From positions 1 to 26,816 of the IMG/VR virus record IMGVR_UViG_3300044613_002866: 26,816 nt of DNA, one strand, 5' to 3'. This document shows positions 1 to 9,465 of this stretch, one piece after another. Below the pieces are notes generated by a model. It made no database searches. It worked only from the letters and a program-made list of their open reading frames with translations, and was not told the origin of the DNA. How positions within the stretch are numbered: position 1 is the first letter of the stretch; each line of letters opens with the position of its first letter. The position numbers and the translations under genes were made by a program. The stretch comes from a virus (lineage: Duplodnaviria; Caudoviricetes).

Positions 1-54
1 GCACTGCATGACGACCTTGGCCTCGGCCTCGGTGAGTGTGACTTGCTTATTCAT
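1..54 (-). CDS. hypothetical protein, N-terminus only (runs off window)
   Basis: ATG at 54 overlaps the end of the upstream gene; reads MNKQVTLTEAEAKVVMQC to the window edge. Confidence 0.55.
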   Translation of the reverse strand, partial: MNKQVTLTEAEAKVVMQC

Positions 55-355
55 TGGGCTGCTCCTGCTGGCTGGCCAAGTAGGCTTGGGTCGCGGGAAT
101 CGCGGCGAGGACTGCCTCAAACGCGGCGGCGAGTTCGGGAACCTCCTGCATGATTTCGGGCGTCAACGGCGCGGTCATCTTTTGGACGAGGCTTCCGTTG
201 GCGAGTTCGCCGTCTGCCGTTGCGGGCAGAAGCTCAACGGTGATGCTGCCGGAATCAGCGGTCGGCTGGATGGCGGACAGACTGTAAACGTGGAGGCGGT
301 CATAGACCTTGGCGGCTACGGCGGGTGTTTCGATGGGATTAGGGTTGGTTAGCAT
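47..355 (-). CDS. hypothetical protein, possible tail-fibre assembly/chaperone
   Basis: ATG 355 lies 4 nt after the tail-fibre stop; 102 aa acidic protein MLTNPNPIETP...; function inferred from position only. Confidence 0.65.
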   Translation of the reverse strand: MLTNPNPIETPAVAAKVYDRLHVYSLSAIQPTADSGSITVELLPATADGELANGSLVQKMTAPLTPEIMQEVPELAAAFEAVLAAIPATQAYLASQQEQPNE

Positions 356-359
356 AAGA

Positions 360-1361
360 TTAGGCGGCAACGCACGGAACCTTGTAAGCGGTGCCAGCGG
401 CGTCATAGAGGGTGAGCGTTTTGTCTGCCGTGATTGTTTCGGTGACGGCGTTGGCGTGAGTGCGCAGCTGACCTTGGAGCGGGCAGAAGTCGGAGTCGTT
501 CGCAAGACGAGCTTGCAGGACGGTGCTGCTGCGCTTCAGCGCGGGGAAGCTGGTGGTGGTGCCGCCGAATTGGAGGAGGTTGAAACTGCTTTCGCCAGCG
601 TTATACAGCCCGACGTTGCCATCAGATAATGAGTAAATTTTCGATCTATTCAGCCATTGAAACGCTTGCGCTGAAGCAATGCGGATGAATCCGTTTTCTG
701 CGGTAAGGTGACTTGTGAGCGCAACTGTTCCCCCTGTTTGAACCGTGAGACGTGTCACGCCATCCGTTTGCAACTCCAGCGCCCTCGCAGAGCCTCCACC
801 CGATCCCTTCTCCGTGCCGATCTGAAACACGTTGCTGCTCCACTTGAGGAAGCCGCGTTCGTGGTTCGTGGTGCTGGTGAATGTGTTGTAGATGTTGAAG
901 GTTTGGGCGTTCGTTCCGCTGCGTTGGGCTAATGCATTAGAGGCGTCAGCAAGCAGCACTGCTTGACCATTTAGAGTAAGCGCACCACCACCGAATGTCG
1001 TAAAGCCGGAGGCGTTGGCGTTTCCGTTTGTGCGAACAAAAAACGCTGCGCCGCCATTATTTTGAATATCCAACAAGTTTGAAAGCCCCCCACCAAATTG
1101 TGCTGCAGTGGGGATAATATTGATTCGGACGGCAGTAAAATTAACGCCCGAATTGTTCCACGTTTGGCTGATATCCAGCACAGGCGCGGACGCCGTGATG
1201 GTGCCGTTGTTGGCGGTGAGCGTGGTGAATGATCCGCTGGATGCCGTGGTGCTCCCAATCGGCGTATTCTGGATCGAGCCGAAGGTCGCGTTGCTGCCCG
1301 CACCTAGACCGAGATCGGCGGCGGTGATCGGAGCGGGGTAGTATGTCGAAAGGTTGGCCAT
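360..1361 (-). CDS. tail fibre / receptor-binding protein (paralog 2)
   Basis: 333 aa Gly/Thr/Ser/Asn-rich; shares boxes FTTLTANNGT, TNAQTFNIYNTFTSTTNHERGFLKW and LQFGGTTxSFPALKRSS with 1370-3214. Confidence 0.75.
   Translation of the reverse strand: MANLSTYYPAPITAADLGLGAGSNATFGSIQNTPIGSTTASSGSFTTLTANNGTITASAPVLDISQTWNNSGVNFTAVRINIIPTAAQFGGGLSNLLDIQNNGGAAFFVRTNGNANASGFTTFGGGALTLNGQAVLLADASNALAQRSGTNAQTFNIYNTFTSTTNHERGFLKWSSNVFQIGTEKGSGGGSARALELQTDGVTRLTVQTGGTVALTSHLTAENGFIRIASAQAFQWLNRSKIYSLSDGNVGLYNAGESSFNLLQFGGTTTSFPALKRSSTVLQARLANDSDFCPLQGQLRTHANAVTETITADKTLTLYDAAGTAYKVPCVAA
799..911. repeat. 113-bp exact direct repeat, copy 1
   Basis: identical to 1932-2044 on base-by-base reading. Confidence 0.9.
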
Positions 1362-1369
1362 AGTCTATT

Positions 1370-3214
1370 TTACCACGTTGCGATGGCTGCGCGTTTCCAT
1401 GTGTTTGTCGCCGTGCAGACATAGATGTAGTCCGCGTCATACCGAATATCGCCCGCCGTGCCTGTGGCTCCTGTCGTGGCGGGTGCTGCGCCTTGTGCGC
1501 GGAGTTGTGCGTCTAAAACGGAATACGCCGAATCATCCGCCAGCCTCACTTGCAGCGTTGCGCTGCTTCGCTTCAGCGCGGGGAAACTGCTGGTTGTGCC
1601 GCCGAATTGGAGGCGATGCTCGGTGGAAGTGTTGGCCGACAGCAGCAAGCATCCGCCAGCAGATCGGGAAAGGCGCAGCCAGTCTCCAGAAAAATTAGAA
1701 GCGTCTGACTGTCCGCTCCATTGAAAGTTGCCTGTCGCACGATGCGTGATATCTCCATTTACAATAGCCCAGTGATTCGTAGTGCCAGCGCGATAGACCA
1801 TCCATCCGCCAGCCACGAAAAAGCCACCGCTATCTGCTGGTGCGCTGACAGTTGTAAGCAAGCCCGCTGCTGTGATCTGCCACCGTGATGTTCCATCCGT
1901 CTGAAACTCCAGCGCCCTCGCCGTCCCGCCGCCCGATCCCTTCTCCGTGCCGATCTGAAACACGTTGCTGCTCCACTTGAGGAAGCCGCGTTCGTGGTTC
2001 GTGGTGCTGGTGAATGTGTTGTAGATGTTGAAGGTTTGGGCGTTGGTGGTGCTGCGGAGCGCAAGCGTGTGCGCTGCATCTCGGTCAATAACTGCGAAAT
2101 CTGTGCTGCTGGCGGTGCCAATCGAAATCGTTCCTCCCAAAACGCGAACACCGCCCGTTATAGACATTGTTGTGTTTAGACCGAGCCACGCGCCTCCCGC
2201 TACTGCCGACAGCGCAAAACTAGGATGCGCTAAAAGTGTGCGATCTCCTGTGCCAAGCACGCGAAATGAACCATCTTTTCGGATTGCCGCCAAGGCAGTG
2301 CCGCCTACTTGAAACTCTGCAAGGTTGGATGCAGCCGCGCTGGCCGTGTCGGTTACGTTGACACGAAGCCCCGTGAACGTAACGCCGCTGGCATTCCAAG
2401 TCTGCGCCAAATCAAGCACCGGCGCGGACGCACCAGTGAGCGTGCCGTTGTTGGCCGTCAGGGTCGTGAATCTCCCCGTATTCGGCACCGAACTACCGAT
2501 CGGATCAGGCGAAGCAAAGTTGGTCTTGTTTCCGAAATACGGAACCACCTTCCAGCCAACGCTTGCCCCGACATAGACCAGCGTGAAAGCGGCATCCTCG
2601 ACATTGCAGGTCATATCCTCGGCCAAGGATTCGATGTTCGATCCGTTGCGGGCGATGGTGAGGTTGTTCGTGTCGAAGGTGCCCGCGTAGTCGAGCACGG
2701 TGACCGTGTCGCCGTTCGACGGGGTCGCGGGCAGGGTGAGCGTCCATGCTGCGCTGGTCGTGTCGGCGGCGACTTTGTCTCCGGTGACCGCGTTCGCATT
2801 GGCGCTCAAGAGGCGGTAGTCGGAGACGGAAACCCGGCCGCTACGGTCGGGGGCGGAAAGAGTTCTCGTCGTGGCCGGAGCAATGCTGCCGACATTGAGG
2901 GCGAGTTGGCGCGAGGAGTCGGCGTCGTGGTAGACGCGCAGGTTGGCGTCGGAATTGACCTCCTGAAAAGCCGAGAGGTAATACCAGTCGTTGAGGTTGC
3001 CGTTGTTGGCCGTCCTCACATACAGTCCCGCGGGGCGACGGTTGAGGAGCCAGATCCCGCTGCCCGCTTTGGCTAGGAAAACATCGCCGATGGCGGGAGT
3101 GCCCAAGGTAATCGGCAGCAATGAACTGTCGGCAACTTCGCCGTCAATATAACTGGCCGCTGGTGTGTTGACGACATCCAGCGTGCCGGTGAAAGGATTG
3201 AACTTGAAAGCCAT
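1370..3214 (-). CDS. tail fibre / receptor-binding protein (paralog 1)
   Basis: 614 aa; N-terminal FKFNPFTG, fibre module TLTLPATPSNGDTVTVLDYAGTFDTNNLTIARNGSNI, and typical fibre C-terminus GTAGDIRYDADYIYVCTATNTWKRAAIATW. Confidence 0.85.
   Translation of the reverse strand: MAFKFNPFTGTLDVVNTPAASYIDGEVADSSLLPITLGTPAIGDVFLAKAGSGIWLLNRRPAGLYVRTANNGNLNDWYYLSAFQEVNSDANLRVYHDADSSRQLALNVGSIAPATTRTLSAPDRSGRVSVSDYRLLSANANAVTGDKVAADTTSAAWTLTLPATPSNGDTVTVLDYAGTFDTNNLTIARNGSNIESLAEDMTCNVEDAAFTLVYVGASVGWKVVPYFGNKTNFASPDPIGSSVPNTGRFTTLTANNGTLTGASAPVLDLAQTWNASGVTFTGLRVNVTDTASAAASNLAEFQVGGTALAAIRKDGSFRVLGTGDRTLLAHPSFALSAVAGGAWLGLNTTMSITGGVRVLGGTISIGTASSTDFAVIDRDAAHTLALRSTTNAQTFNIYNTFTSTTNHERGFLKWSSNVFQIGTEKGSGGGTARALEFQTDGTSRWQITAAGLLTTVSAPADSGGFFVAGGWMVYRAGTTNHWAIVNGDITHRATGNFQWSGQSDASNFSGDWLRLSRSAGGCLLLSANTSTEHRLQFGGTTSSFPALKRSSATLQVRLADDSAYSVLDAQLRAQGAAPATTGATGTAGDIRYDADYIYVCTATNTWKRAAIATW
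1932..2044. repeat. 113-bp exact direct repeat, copy 2
   Basis: identical to 799-911. Confidence 0.9.
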
Positions 3215-3450
3215 TAGCTCTTCTGGACTCGGGTGAGATCGCTACCGGAATAGGTGAAATTGAAGGTCTGGAAGGTCGTGCCGTTCAGCTTGTAGACGAC
3301 CTGGGTGAGGTTGCCGTTGCCGTCGTAGGAAAGGTCGAGATCGTCCCACTCTGGGGCGGAGGCATTGAGCAGGGCGTTGATCTTCTGCAACGACCGCTCG
3401 GTATAGTCCTCGCGCAGTGGGGTGTTTCCTTCTGGATAATAAGCGGGCAT
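3214..3450 (-). CDS. small virion/tail-associated protein
   Basis: 78 aa MPAYYPEGNTPL...; YD-like beta strands (LSYDGNGNLTQVVY); stop overlaps the fibre start. Confidence 0.7.
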   Translation of the reverse strand: MPAYYPEGNTPLREDYTERSLQKINALLNASAPEWDDLDLSYDGNGNLTQVVYKLNGTTFQTFNFTYSGSDLTRVQKS

Positions 3451-3454
3451 GTTA

Positions 3455-3667
3455 TTACTTAATACTCCGGTTCACGGACCTCGGCAACACGGCCAGATTG
3501 CTGGAGTGGTTGCTCATTCCGTTTTTATGATGCACGTCCTTGCCGTCGCCTTTGCTCACGTAACCCGCTTTAGTCATCTTGCGGCGGGCCGCATTGCGTT
3601 GAGCGCGGCGCTTCTTCTGGATCGGCGAAGCATGGTAGCTCTCGTATTCTTTTTTATAGTCCCTCAT
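3455..3667 (-). CDS. small HNH endonuclease
   Basis: MRDYKKEY...KGDGKDVHHKNG...N..SNL....RSVNRS HNH signature; ATG 3667 overlaps the upstream stop. Confidence 0.8.
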   Translation of the reverse strand: MRDYKKEYESYHASPIQKKRRAQRNAARRKMTKAGYVSKGDGKDVHHKNGMSNHSSNLAVLPRSVNRSIK

Positions 3668-4077
3668 AGAAAACCCTGGCTCTGAATGTTGTTGTTGCCG
3701 GAAAGACCTTGGAACCCTCCGAGGACACCGCCGCCGATTGCTCCCCACCCACCCATTGAACTTCCTTGGGCGGTGCCTTGGGTTGCACCGAGCATCATGT
3801 CGTCAAACCAACCTCCGAAACCGGAAGATCCTCCGGTCTTGGCCCGAAAGATCGGCCCGTCCACCGCGCCGTCCAACCCACCAAATACCGCACCACCCAA
3901 CGCACCCCAACCCGCACCAACCGGACCGCCGAGGCTACCGCCGGCCGAACCCTCGGACATTCCAATCGAAGCGCCCTTCATCATGCGGTCGATCCAAGGC
4001 ACATTGGTCTTGAGAACGCCGGAGGAGAGCCCCGTCGAAAGCGCGTTGGTCAGTAATCCGGTAACGTCGATATTCAC
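3664..4077 (-). CDS. glycine-zipper protein, possible internal virion/ejection protein
   Basis: GTG start overlapping the portal stop; two internal repeats DxMMxGAxxGxxxGS...WGAxGGxVxGGxxG. Confidence 0.65.
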   Translation of the reverse strand: MNIDVTGLLTNALSTGLSSGVLKTNVPWIDRMMKGASIGMSEGSAGGSLGGPVGAGWGALGGAVFGGLDGAVDGPIFRAKTGGSSGFGGWFDDMMLGATQGTAQGSSMGGWGAIGGGVLGGFQGLSGNNNIQSQGFL

Positions 4078-6395
4078 GGCATCGTCGGTTGTGCAGCCGG
4101 TGAAATCTCGGCAGCGGTTTTGGCGTCTTTGAGGGCAAGCTCCTGCATGACCTTGGCTTGCTTGGTCTGCATATCGACTTGGTGCTTCTCGATTTGCATC
4201 TCTAGTTTAGCCCGGCGCTCGATAAGATCCGCTTGGGCTTTGGGTGAGAGCATTTGAGCTTCGGCCAACTGCTGCTCCATCTGGGCGATGCGGGCACGCT
4301 CGGCTTCGATCATTCGAGCTTGTTCGGCTTGCTCGGCTTTCGCCTGCTGTTCGGCGGCAGCGGCAAGCTCATCGGAAAGCCGCTTGGCCGAGGCACTCAA
4401 CTGCTGAAAGCGTTGACGCATGAGTGCGATTTGGTCTTGGCGAGCCACGTCGGCTGCGAGTAACTGCAAGTGCTGGCCGAGGTGAGGAATCATCGTGGCG
4501 TAGGCTTTCATTGCCGCCGCGGGCTCCGCTTGGCCTTGCGAGACTGCGGCATCCAAACCATCAAGGGAGGTCAGATGGCGGGAGGCGTGGATGAAGTGAT
4601 TTTCCCCAGAGTTGACGGGCAACATCGTGCCCATTGAGAGATCGGAGTTTTCGAGCATCGCGATCTTGTCATCAATAGGAGTGCGAAGAGTTACTGAAGG
4701 TGACGGCAAGTAGCGGTCGACTACTTCCTGCCCGAAGCGGGCGGCGATGCGGTCGCGGAGAAGATTGATCCGGCCCGCCTCGTCGAGCGACCCGAAGATC
4801 TGCATCGTCTCGTCGATCGCCGCACTCCGCATCCCAGGGCTTCCGTAGCCGATGGCCCGGACGGGCTCGACCGTATTGAAGCGGTGGATCGCTTCCTCCG
4901 GAACCCCACGCGCCATACAACGGCGCTTGAACTCGATTGCCTCGCGACCGCCGGGTTCGTTCGCGGCATAGTCACGCGACACTAAACGGCGGTATGCCTC
5001 ACGAAGGAGACGTTTCCACGGGTGGTAGAATAGATTGATCGCCGCTGCACCGAGCACCGCTTCCTGCTGCAACTGGGCGCGAACCTCGTAAGCCGTCCTC
5101 GACTGACCATCCGGCGTGACCGCCCGTGACTGATAGCCGACGGTGCGGTTCTGCATATTCATCGTCAGATCATTGAGGACTGGGATGAGGTTCTGCTGGT
5201 AGTTCGGGATCGCCTTGTCGACGATCTTCAGCCCCGGGGGGAACAGCGCGTAGGGGCCGTAGTAAGAAAGGGTCAGATCTTCGAGGGCACGGGAGCCGTT
5301 GTCGCCGGGCTGGACGATCAACGCGCTCGATAGCAAAGCCCCGTCGACCATGCCGCAGCGGAGGCGATTCAAAAGCTGGATGTGTGGATACACCTTGTAT
5401 CCAAGCCCGCGGATGCCGTGATACGTCCCGTTGCCGACACCATAACAAAAAGTAACAAAACAGTTTGTCGGAGCGTCGAAGCGGTTGGGCTTCTTGAAGA
5501 GGAAGTCCTCTTCTTTGGCGTTCTCGTCGGATCCGATCGGATCTTTAAGGAAGATGAGGTGGCTGACTTTCTTGTCGAACTCGCGCACCCACATGTGAAC
5601 GACATGGACTTTCTTCCCGCGGCTGTTGCCGTAGAGGAGGTCGTTATTCTTGAGTTCGACTTCGAGCTTCTCCCACTCACCGGCCTCTTGGAATGAACTG
5701 TCGCGGCAAGCGCGGATCAACGCCTGTTTCACCATCTTCACGTTCCACCCCAGGTCTTTGGCCACGGCAGGGTCTTCGATGAACTTGTAAAGCTGATGCG
5801 CTTGGTATTCGCGGTCGACCGTGGCGACCTCGATCTCCCACTCGGAAGCGCGTGTCCCACGCGGAATGCGGAACTCGGACAAGCCAGCCACCCGCCAGCG
5901 CCAATCAACCTCGTCCTCAAAATAACAAACCCCGACACCGTGCGAAACGAACTGGTCGGCCAGCATTTGGTGGTTAAATTCAAACTCCTGCCACTCTTTG
6001 AGCGTGCGGTGGAACTCTTCAGCCAAGACCCGCTCCCACTCGACGCGCTGCTCGGGGGAGCCGTAGTCGATGGTGATCCGCGCCATGACATCGACCGAGG
6101 AGGTGAGGTCGTAGTATCCAGCCAAGGCTTGCTCTTTAAGTGAAGCGGCTTCGCCGAAGTCGAGGTTAGTCCTCTCCCCCTGCCCCATCTCGATGAGATC
6201 CTGCTGATTGAAGGGAGCCGCGCCATTGAACATGGCGTCAACCAAGGCGCGGTTTTTGGATGATCCCTGATCGGAGTCCTTGATCGCTTTGTAGATGGAG
6301 CGGGCGCTGTTTACGTTGTCGACGCGCATCTTCGGCGCTTTGCCGTTTTCGTCGAGGCCGAGGATTTCGAGGGGGGCTAGTTCGGAATTTGTCAT
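4074..6395 (-). CDS. portal protein (P22-like, with C-terminal coiled-coil)
   Basis: 773 aa; RTAYEV motif, Q/A/E-rich helical C-terminus; downstream of the terminase. Confidence 0.75.
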   Translation of the reverse strand: MTNSELAPLEILGLDENGKAPKMRVDNVNSARSIYKAIKDSDQGSSKNRALVDAMFNGAAPFNQQDLIEMGQGERTNLDFGEAASLKEQALAGYYDLTSSVDVMARITIDYGSPEQRVEWERVLAEEFHRTLKEWQEFEFNHQMLADQFVSHGVGVCYFEDEVDWRWRVAGLSEFRIPRGTRASEWEIEVATVDREYQAHQLYKFIEDPAVAKDLGWNVKMVKQALIRACRDSSFQEAGEWEKLEVELKNNDLLYGNSRGKKVHVVHMWVREFDKKVSHLIFLKDPIGSDENAKEEDFLFKKPNRFDAPTNCFVTFCYGVGNGTYHGIRGLGYKVYPHIQLLNRLRCGMVDGALLSSALIVQPGDNGSRALEDLTLSYYGPYALFPPGLKIVDKAIPNYQQNLIPVLNDLTMNMQNRTVGYQSRAVTPDGQSRTAYEVRAQLQQEAVLGAAAINLFYHPWKRLLREAYRRLVSRDYAANEPGGREAIEFKRRCMARGVPEEAIHRFNTVEPVRAIGYGSPGMRSAAIDETMQIFGSLDEAGRINLLRDRIAARFGQEVVDRYLPSPSVTLRTPIDDKIAMLENSDLSMGTMLPVNSGENHFIHASRHLTSLDGLDAAVSQGQAEPAAAMKAYATMIPHLGQHLQLLAADVARQDQIALMRQRFQQLSASAKRLSDELAAAAEQQAKAEQAEQARMIEAERARIAQMEQQLAEAQMLSPKAQADLIERRAKLEMQIEKHQVDMQTKQAKVMQELALKDAKTAAEISPAAQPTMP

Positions 6396-7147
6396 TTTTG
6401 CAGGGCTTCTATGAGCGAACCGTCTTTACATCCGTGAACCACGGCGGCATCGGCGGGCACAGGACCGTAGACCGAGAGGTCGTCGATCGGATCGCAGTAG
6501 ATCTCGCCCTTCGGTCCGATCTCGTAGTTCTTTGTCCGCCAGTTGTTGTGAATGAGTTGGGAAACTGCCGTGTTCGGACGCATCTCGTGGCGGAGGTAAA
6601 CGTCGAAGGGTTCGACATTTGGGCCGTCGTCGATCCGGACATAGCTCCATAGGAGTGAGCGGTTATGGAAATCAGCCGGATAAACGCACGTCCCGATAAC
6701 ATGCTCGCCGTCGACTTTGACGAATTCGCCCGACTTGCGGTCGAGCATTCGGGTCGGCTGGACGGCTCCCAGAAAGGGCTTCTGGGCTTGATTGTATTCG
6801 GTCTCGATGGCGTCGAGCCAATCTTCCCGAATCGGCGTATTGTCAGCTTCGAACCAATACCAGATGTCCTTGTTCCCGCTGTGCTGAAGATGACGCACCG
6901 TCCGCGCCCAGAGATGGTTGGCACTCTGGGGCCAGCCGAGTTCGCACTCGGAATCCGGAACAAAGAGGTCGGCCGAAGCAAAGAGCGGGGCCAGTCTCTC
7001 TTTCAAAGCCGCCGCTTCATCCTTGGTCTGGAGCGTGCCGACGACCAAGAGCTTGTGGCGCGACAAGCCGCCCAATAGCTCAAGATGGCCAGCCAGAGCG
7101 GTGGCGAGCTTCAGGTCGGCCTTGGACACAGGAAGGACTAGCAGCAT
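6392..7147 (-). CDS. hypothetical protein, glycosyltransferase-like (GT-A?)
   Basis: 251 aa; GWPQSAN...WYWFEADNTP (ExD after a hydrophobic strand), terminal VVHGCKD; next to a GT9-like gene. Confidence 0.5.
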   Translation of the reverse strand: MLLVLPVSKADLKLATALAGHLELLGGLSRHKLLVVGTLQTKDEAAALKERLAPLFASADLFVPDSECELGWPQSANHLWARTVRHLQHSGNKDIWYWFEADNTPIREDWLDAIETEYNQAQKPFLGAVQPTRMLDRKSGEFVKVDGEHVIGTCVYPADFHNRSLLWSYVRIDDGPNVEPFDVYLRHEMRPNTAVSQLIHNNWRTKNYEIGPKGEIYCDPIDDLSVYGPVPADAAVVHGCKDGSLIEALQK

Positions 7148-7566
7148 GGTTGTGGGGTTATTATATCTGCAAATGGGGTCTCCAACAAATCCCAGTTGTC
7201 CGGCTGACGATGCAGCCGCGGCGAATAGTTAATTTTCTTCCGCTCGGCGATCTCGTCAAACCGCCAGAAGACAAACTTCTCCACGTCCGGTAACCACGCG
7301 GCCAAGATATCGAAGTCGCCTTTGAGATAGGACGCTTTGACCGGGCCTCTCCCGCGGCAGACCATCACGCCGTAAGTATTGTCACGATCGGCATAGATCG
7401 AGGCAGTCTTGATCTGAATGGAGACCGGACGCATTGGTGGTCGAACCACGATCGCATCCGCTGGCCGCGCATGACCATTAGACGTGTAAACCCACCAGCC
7501 CCGGCGGAGAGCTTGGGTGGCGAAGATCGACTCGGAGATGTCTCCGGTTTTACAGGCGTCGTTCAT
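7138..7566 (-). CDS. PD-(D/E)XK endonuclease (PDDEXK_5-like)
   Basis: GDISE...ADAIV...IQIKT...Y....FDILA pattern. Confidence 0.75.
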   Translation of the reverse strand: MNDACKTGDISESIFATQALRRGWWVYTSNGHARPADAIVVRPPMRPVSIQIKTASIYADRDNTYGVMVCRGRGPVKASYLKGDFDILAAWLPDVEKFVFWRFDEIAERKKINYSPRLHRQPDNWDLLETPFADIITPQPCC

Positions 7567-8540
7567 TTAGAGACCGCCTCAACGAGCGGCTTAACCTTGC
7601 CGAAGATTTGGAATGCGCTGTCGCGCCGGACGAGATGCGGGACGCGCACCGCATTCTGTCGATCGACCTCTTGGGCGGCGGATTCATCGTTGAGGTAGCG
7701 GTCGTAACCTTTAAGGTGCTTAGTCGCTAAACGATGTGACTTGAAGGTGACCCGCTCGCCCGTTCTCCGTGAGATCACTTGCCAGCCGCCCGGAGGTAGG
7801 ACGTTGCGGTCGACATCCGGTGGTGGGATAAACTCAGGGATATCCAAGCTCGGGATTCCTCCATCGTAGGAGTAGAAACCATTCTTGCGCGGGTAGAGGC
7901 AGTCGGGCGTCCAGAGACATGTCTCTTGGATAAACGGCACTCCCAGACCGATCGCCAAGCCCATCGGCGAAGATTGGTTGCCGATGAAAAGATCCGCGCC
8001 CGCGATCAGCTTGGCTAGTTCAAGGTAGTCGCTGGTGATCGCATACTCGGCATGAACCTTGGACACCCGCCGCAGTTCCTCGACCTCGTGCGGCAACCCG
8101 ACAAAGAGAAGTTGTGTGCCGAACTTCTCGCCGATCTCATCCCAGCGGAAGTAAGGATTGTGGTATCGCGGGCTGCGATGACAAACGATGCGGCCTCGGG
8201 ATTTGGCCGACGGCGCGACCTTCAACCAAGGTTCCGACTCCGCATTGGCATTGACCCAATCACTCTGAAGCTCCATGAGGCTGACACCGTAGACCAGCCC
8301 ACCATTCCGGAACGTGGAGAAGTTGACTACGTATTCGGATTTCGGCGCATCCCCGTGAATCACCTTGCCGATGTAGTCTTGGGATTCGAGGAGCGGACGA
8401 AGCACGTTGGCCCGCTCGGGCGTCATCTTCGCGGTCCACGGACGGGAGTTCAGATACAAGTTGCCCTTACCCAAAGCCCGGATCGCGGGCAGAGCGTAGA
8501 TGACATCACCTAGATCCCCGCTATGGAAGTAATTCATCAT
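7563..8540 (-). CDS. glycosyltransferase family 9-like (heptosyltransferase fold)
   Basis: N-terminal HSGDLGDVIYALP; C-terminal LAKLIAGADLFIGNQSSPMGLAIGLGVP; start trimmed to ATG 8540. Confidence 0.8.
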   Translation of the reverse strand: MMNYFHSGDLGDVIYALPAIRALGKGNLYLNSRPWTAKMTPERANVLRPLLESQDYIGKVIHGDAPKSEYVVNFSTFRNGGLVYGVSLMELQSDWVNANAESEPWLKVAPSAKSRGRIVCHRSPRYHNPYFRWDEIGEKFGTQLLFVGLPHEVEELRRVSKVHAEYAITSDYLELAKLIAGADLFIGNQSSPMGLAIGLGVPFIQETCLWTPDCLYPRKNGFYSYDGGIPSLDIPEFIPPPDVDRNVLPPGGWQVISRRTGERVTFKSHRLATKHLKGYDRYLNDESAAQEVDRQNAVRVPHLVRRDSAFQIFGKVKPLVEAVSK

Positions 8541-8712
8541 CCGGCTCAGTGGCCGTGTTTTCCTGCTCGTCTTGGTTGAAGTAGCCGTCCTCACGGGAAA
8601 GCACCTCCGTCACCGCGTCGATCGCCTGAAGCCAATCAACAGCCGTCAACGAAATCATCCGCAGCGGCGGTGCGCCTTTGCGTAATTCCTCGACTGTGAC
8701 CCGATACGACAT
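8521..8712 (-). CDS. hypothetical protein
   Basis: 63 aa ORF filling the gap between the MTase and GT9 genes; acidic tail. Confidence 0.6.
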   Translation of the reverse strand: MSYRVTVEELRKGAPPLRMISLTAVDWLQAIDAVTEVLSREDGYFNQDEQENTATEPDDELLP

Positions 8713-8739
8713 GATGCGCTTAATATACTACACGCGAGG

Positions 8740-9246
8740 TTATGATTCTTTTCCCAAGACAATGCCCCACGAGTAGTCATCGAAGTCGGCCTCGGTCCAC
8801 ACTTCGTCGCGGATGTTGCCGGCCTTGAGCACTCTCTTTTTGAAAGTCTTGAGTGAGTAGTCGGCCTCTTTGTGCGCCTCGTTGATTGGTTGACCCGTGG
8901 CCGCGCAATGGGCCAAGAACCGTTGCTGGTCGGGGGCCAGAATGAGGAGACGACCGCCCGGCTTGAGCACGCGAAGCCACTCTTTGACCACTGCGACTTG
9001 CTCATTGTAGGTGAAGTCCTCGATCAGGTGCGAGGCGTAGACCCAGTCGAGGGTGTTATTCTTGAAAGGCAGACTCCGGGCGTCACCGCCTAGATGCTGT
9101 GGTGCCGACCCGACCGAGGTGTAAGGCTGCGGCATGTCAAAGCAGATGGCATGGGGGACAAGCGGGTCGCCGCCGTAACCGAGGTCGATGCCGTAGCCTT
9201 GGGTATGTGGCAAAAACCAGTGTCGATATTTTTCGGTCTCACTCAT
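8740..9246 (-). CDS. class I SAM-dependent methyltransferase (Methyltransf_11-like)
   Basis: GIDLGYGG motif I, GDARSLPF, DWVYASHLIED, EWLRVLKPGGRL; ATG 9246 overlaps the upstream stop. Confidence 0.88.
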   Translation of the reverse strand: MSETEKYRHWFLPHTQGYGIDLGYGGDPLVPHAICFDMPQPYTSVGSAPQHLGGDARSLPFKNNTLDWVYASHLIEDFTYNEQVAVVKEWLRVLKPGGRLLILAPDQQRFLAHCAATGQPINEAHKEADYSLKTFKKRVLKAGNIRDEVWTEADFDDYSWGIVLGKES

Positions 9247-9464
9247 TCTACCCAACCCTCCGGTATCTCCACATCCCATCCGCGCCCCTCCATCGGGTTG
9301 CCGTAGATACGAATGTCGGGCGAGAAGTAGTGCTTGGGTTCTCCGCCGTTGAGCCGGACGATCCAGACCGAGTTTGTCGCCAGCCCATAATCCATAAACA
9401 GGATTGCTTCACCTTCGCCATGAGGCGTGTGGACCAGGAGCGGGGTGCGCCATTCATGGATCAT
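9243..9464 (-). CDS. hypothetical phage protein
   Basis: 73 aa MIHEWRTPLLVHTPHGEGEA...; tightly packed in the operon. Confidence 0.7.
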   Translation of the reverse strand: MIHEWRTPLLVHTPHGEGEAILFMDYGLATNSVWIVRLNGGEPKHYFSPDIRIYGNPMEGRGWDVEIPEGWVE

Positions 9465-9465
9465 A

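Noticed and set aside
799-2044. DGR template/variable repeat pair
   Set aside because: Copies are identical with no A-specific mismatches, and there is no reverse transcriptase in the window
7138-7566. Intron or restriction-modification system around the PD-(D/E)XK nuclease
   Set aside because: Flanking genes are intact and coupled, leaving no room for an intron; the neighbouring MTase lacks DNA-MTase motifs
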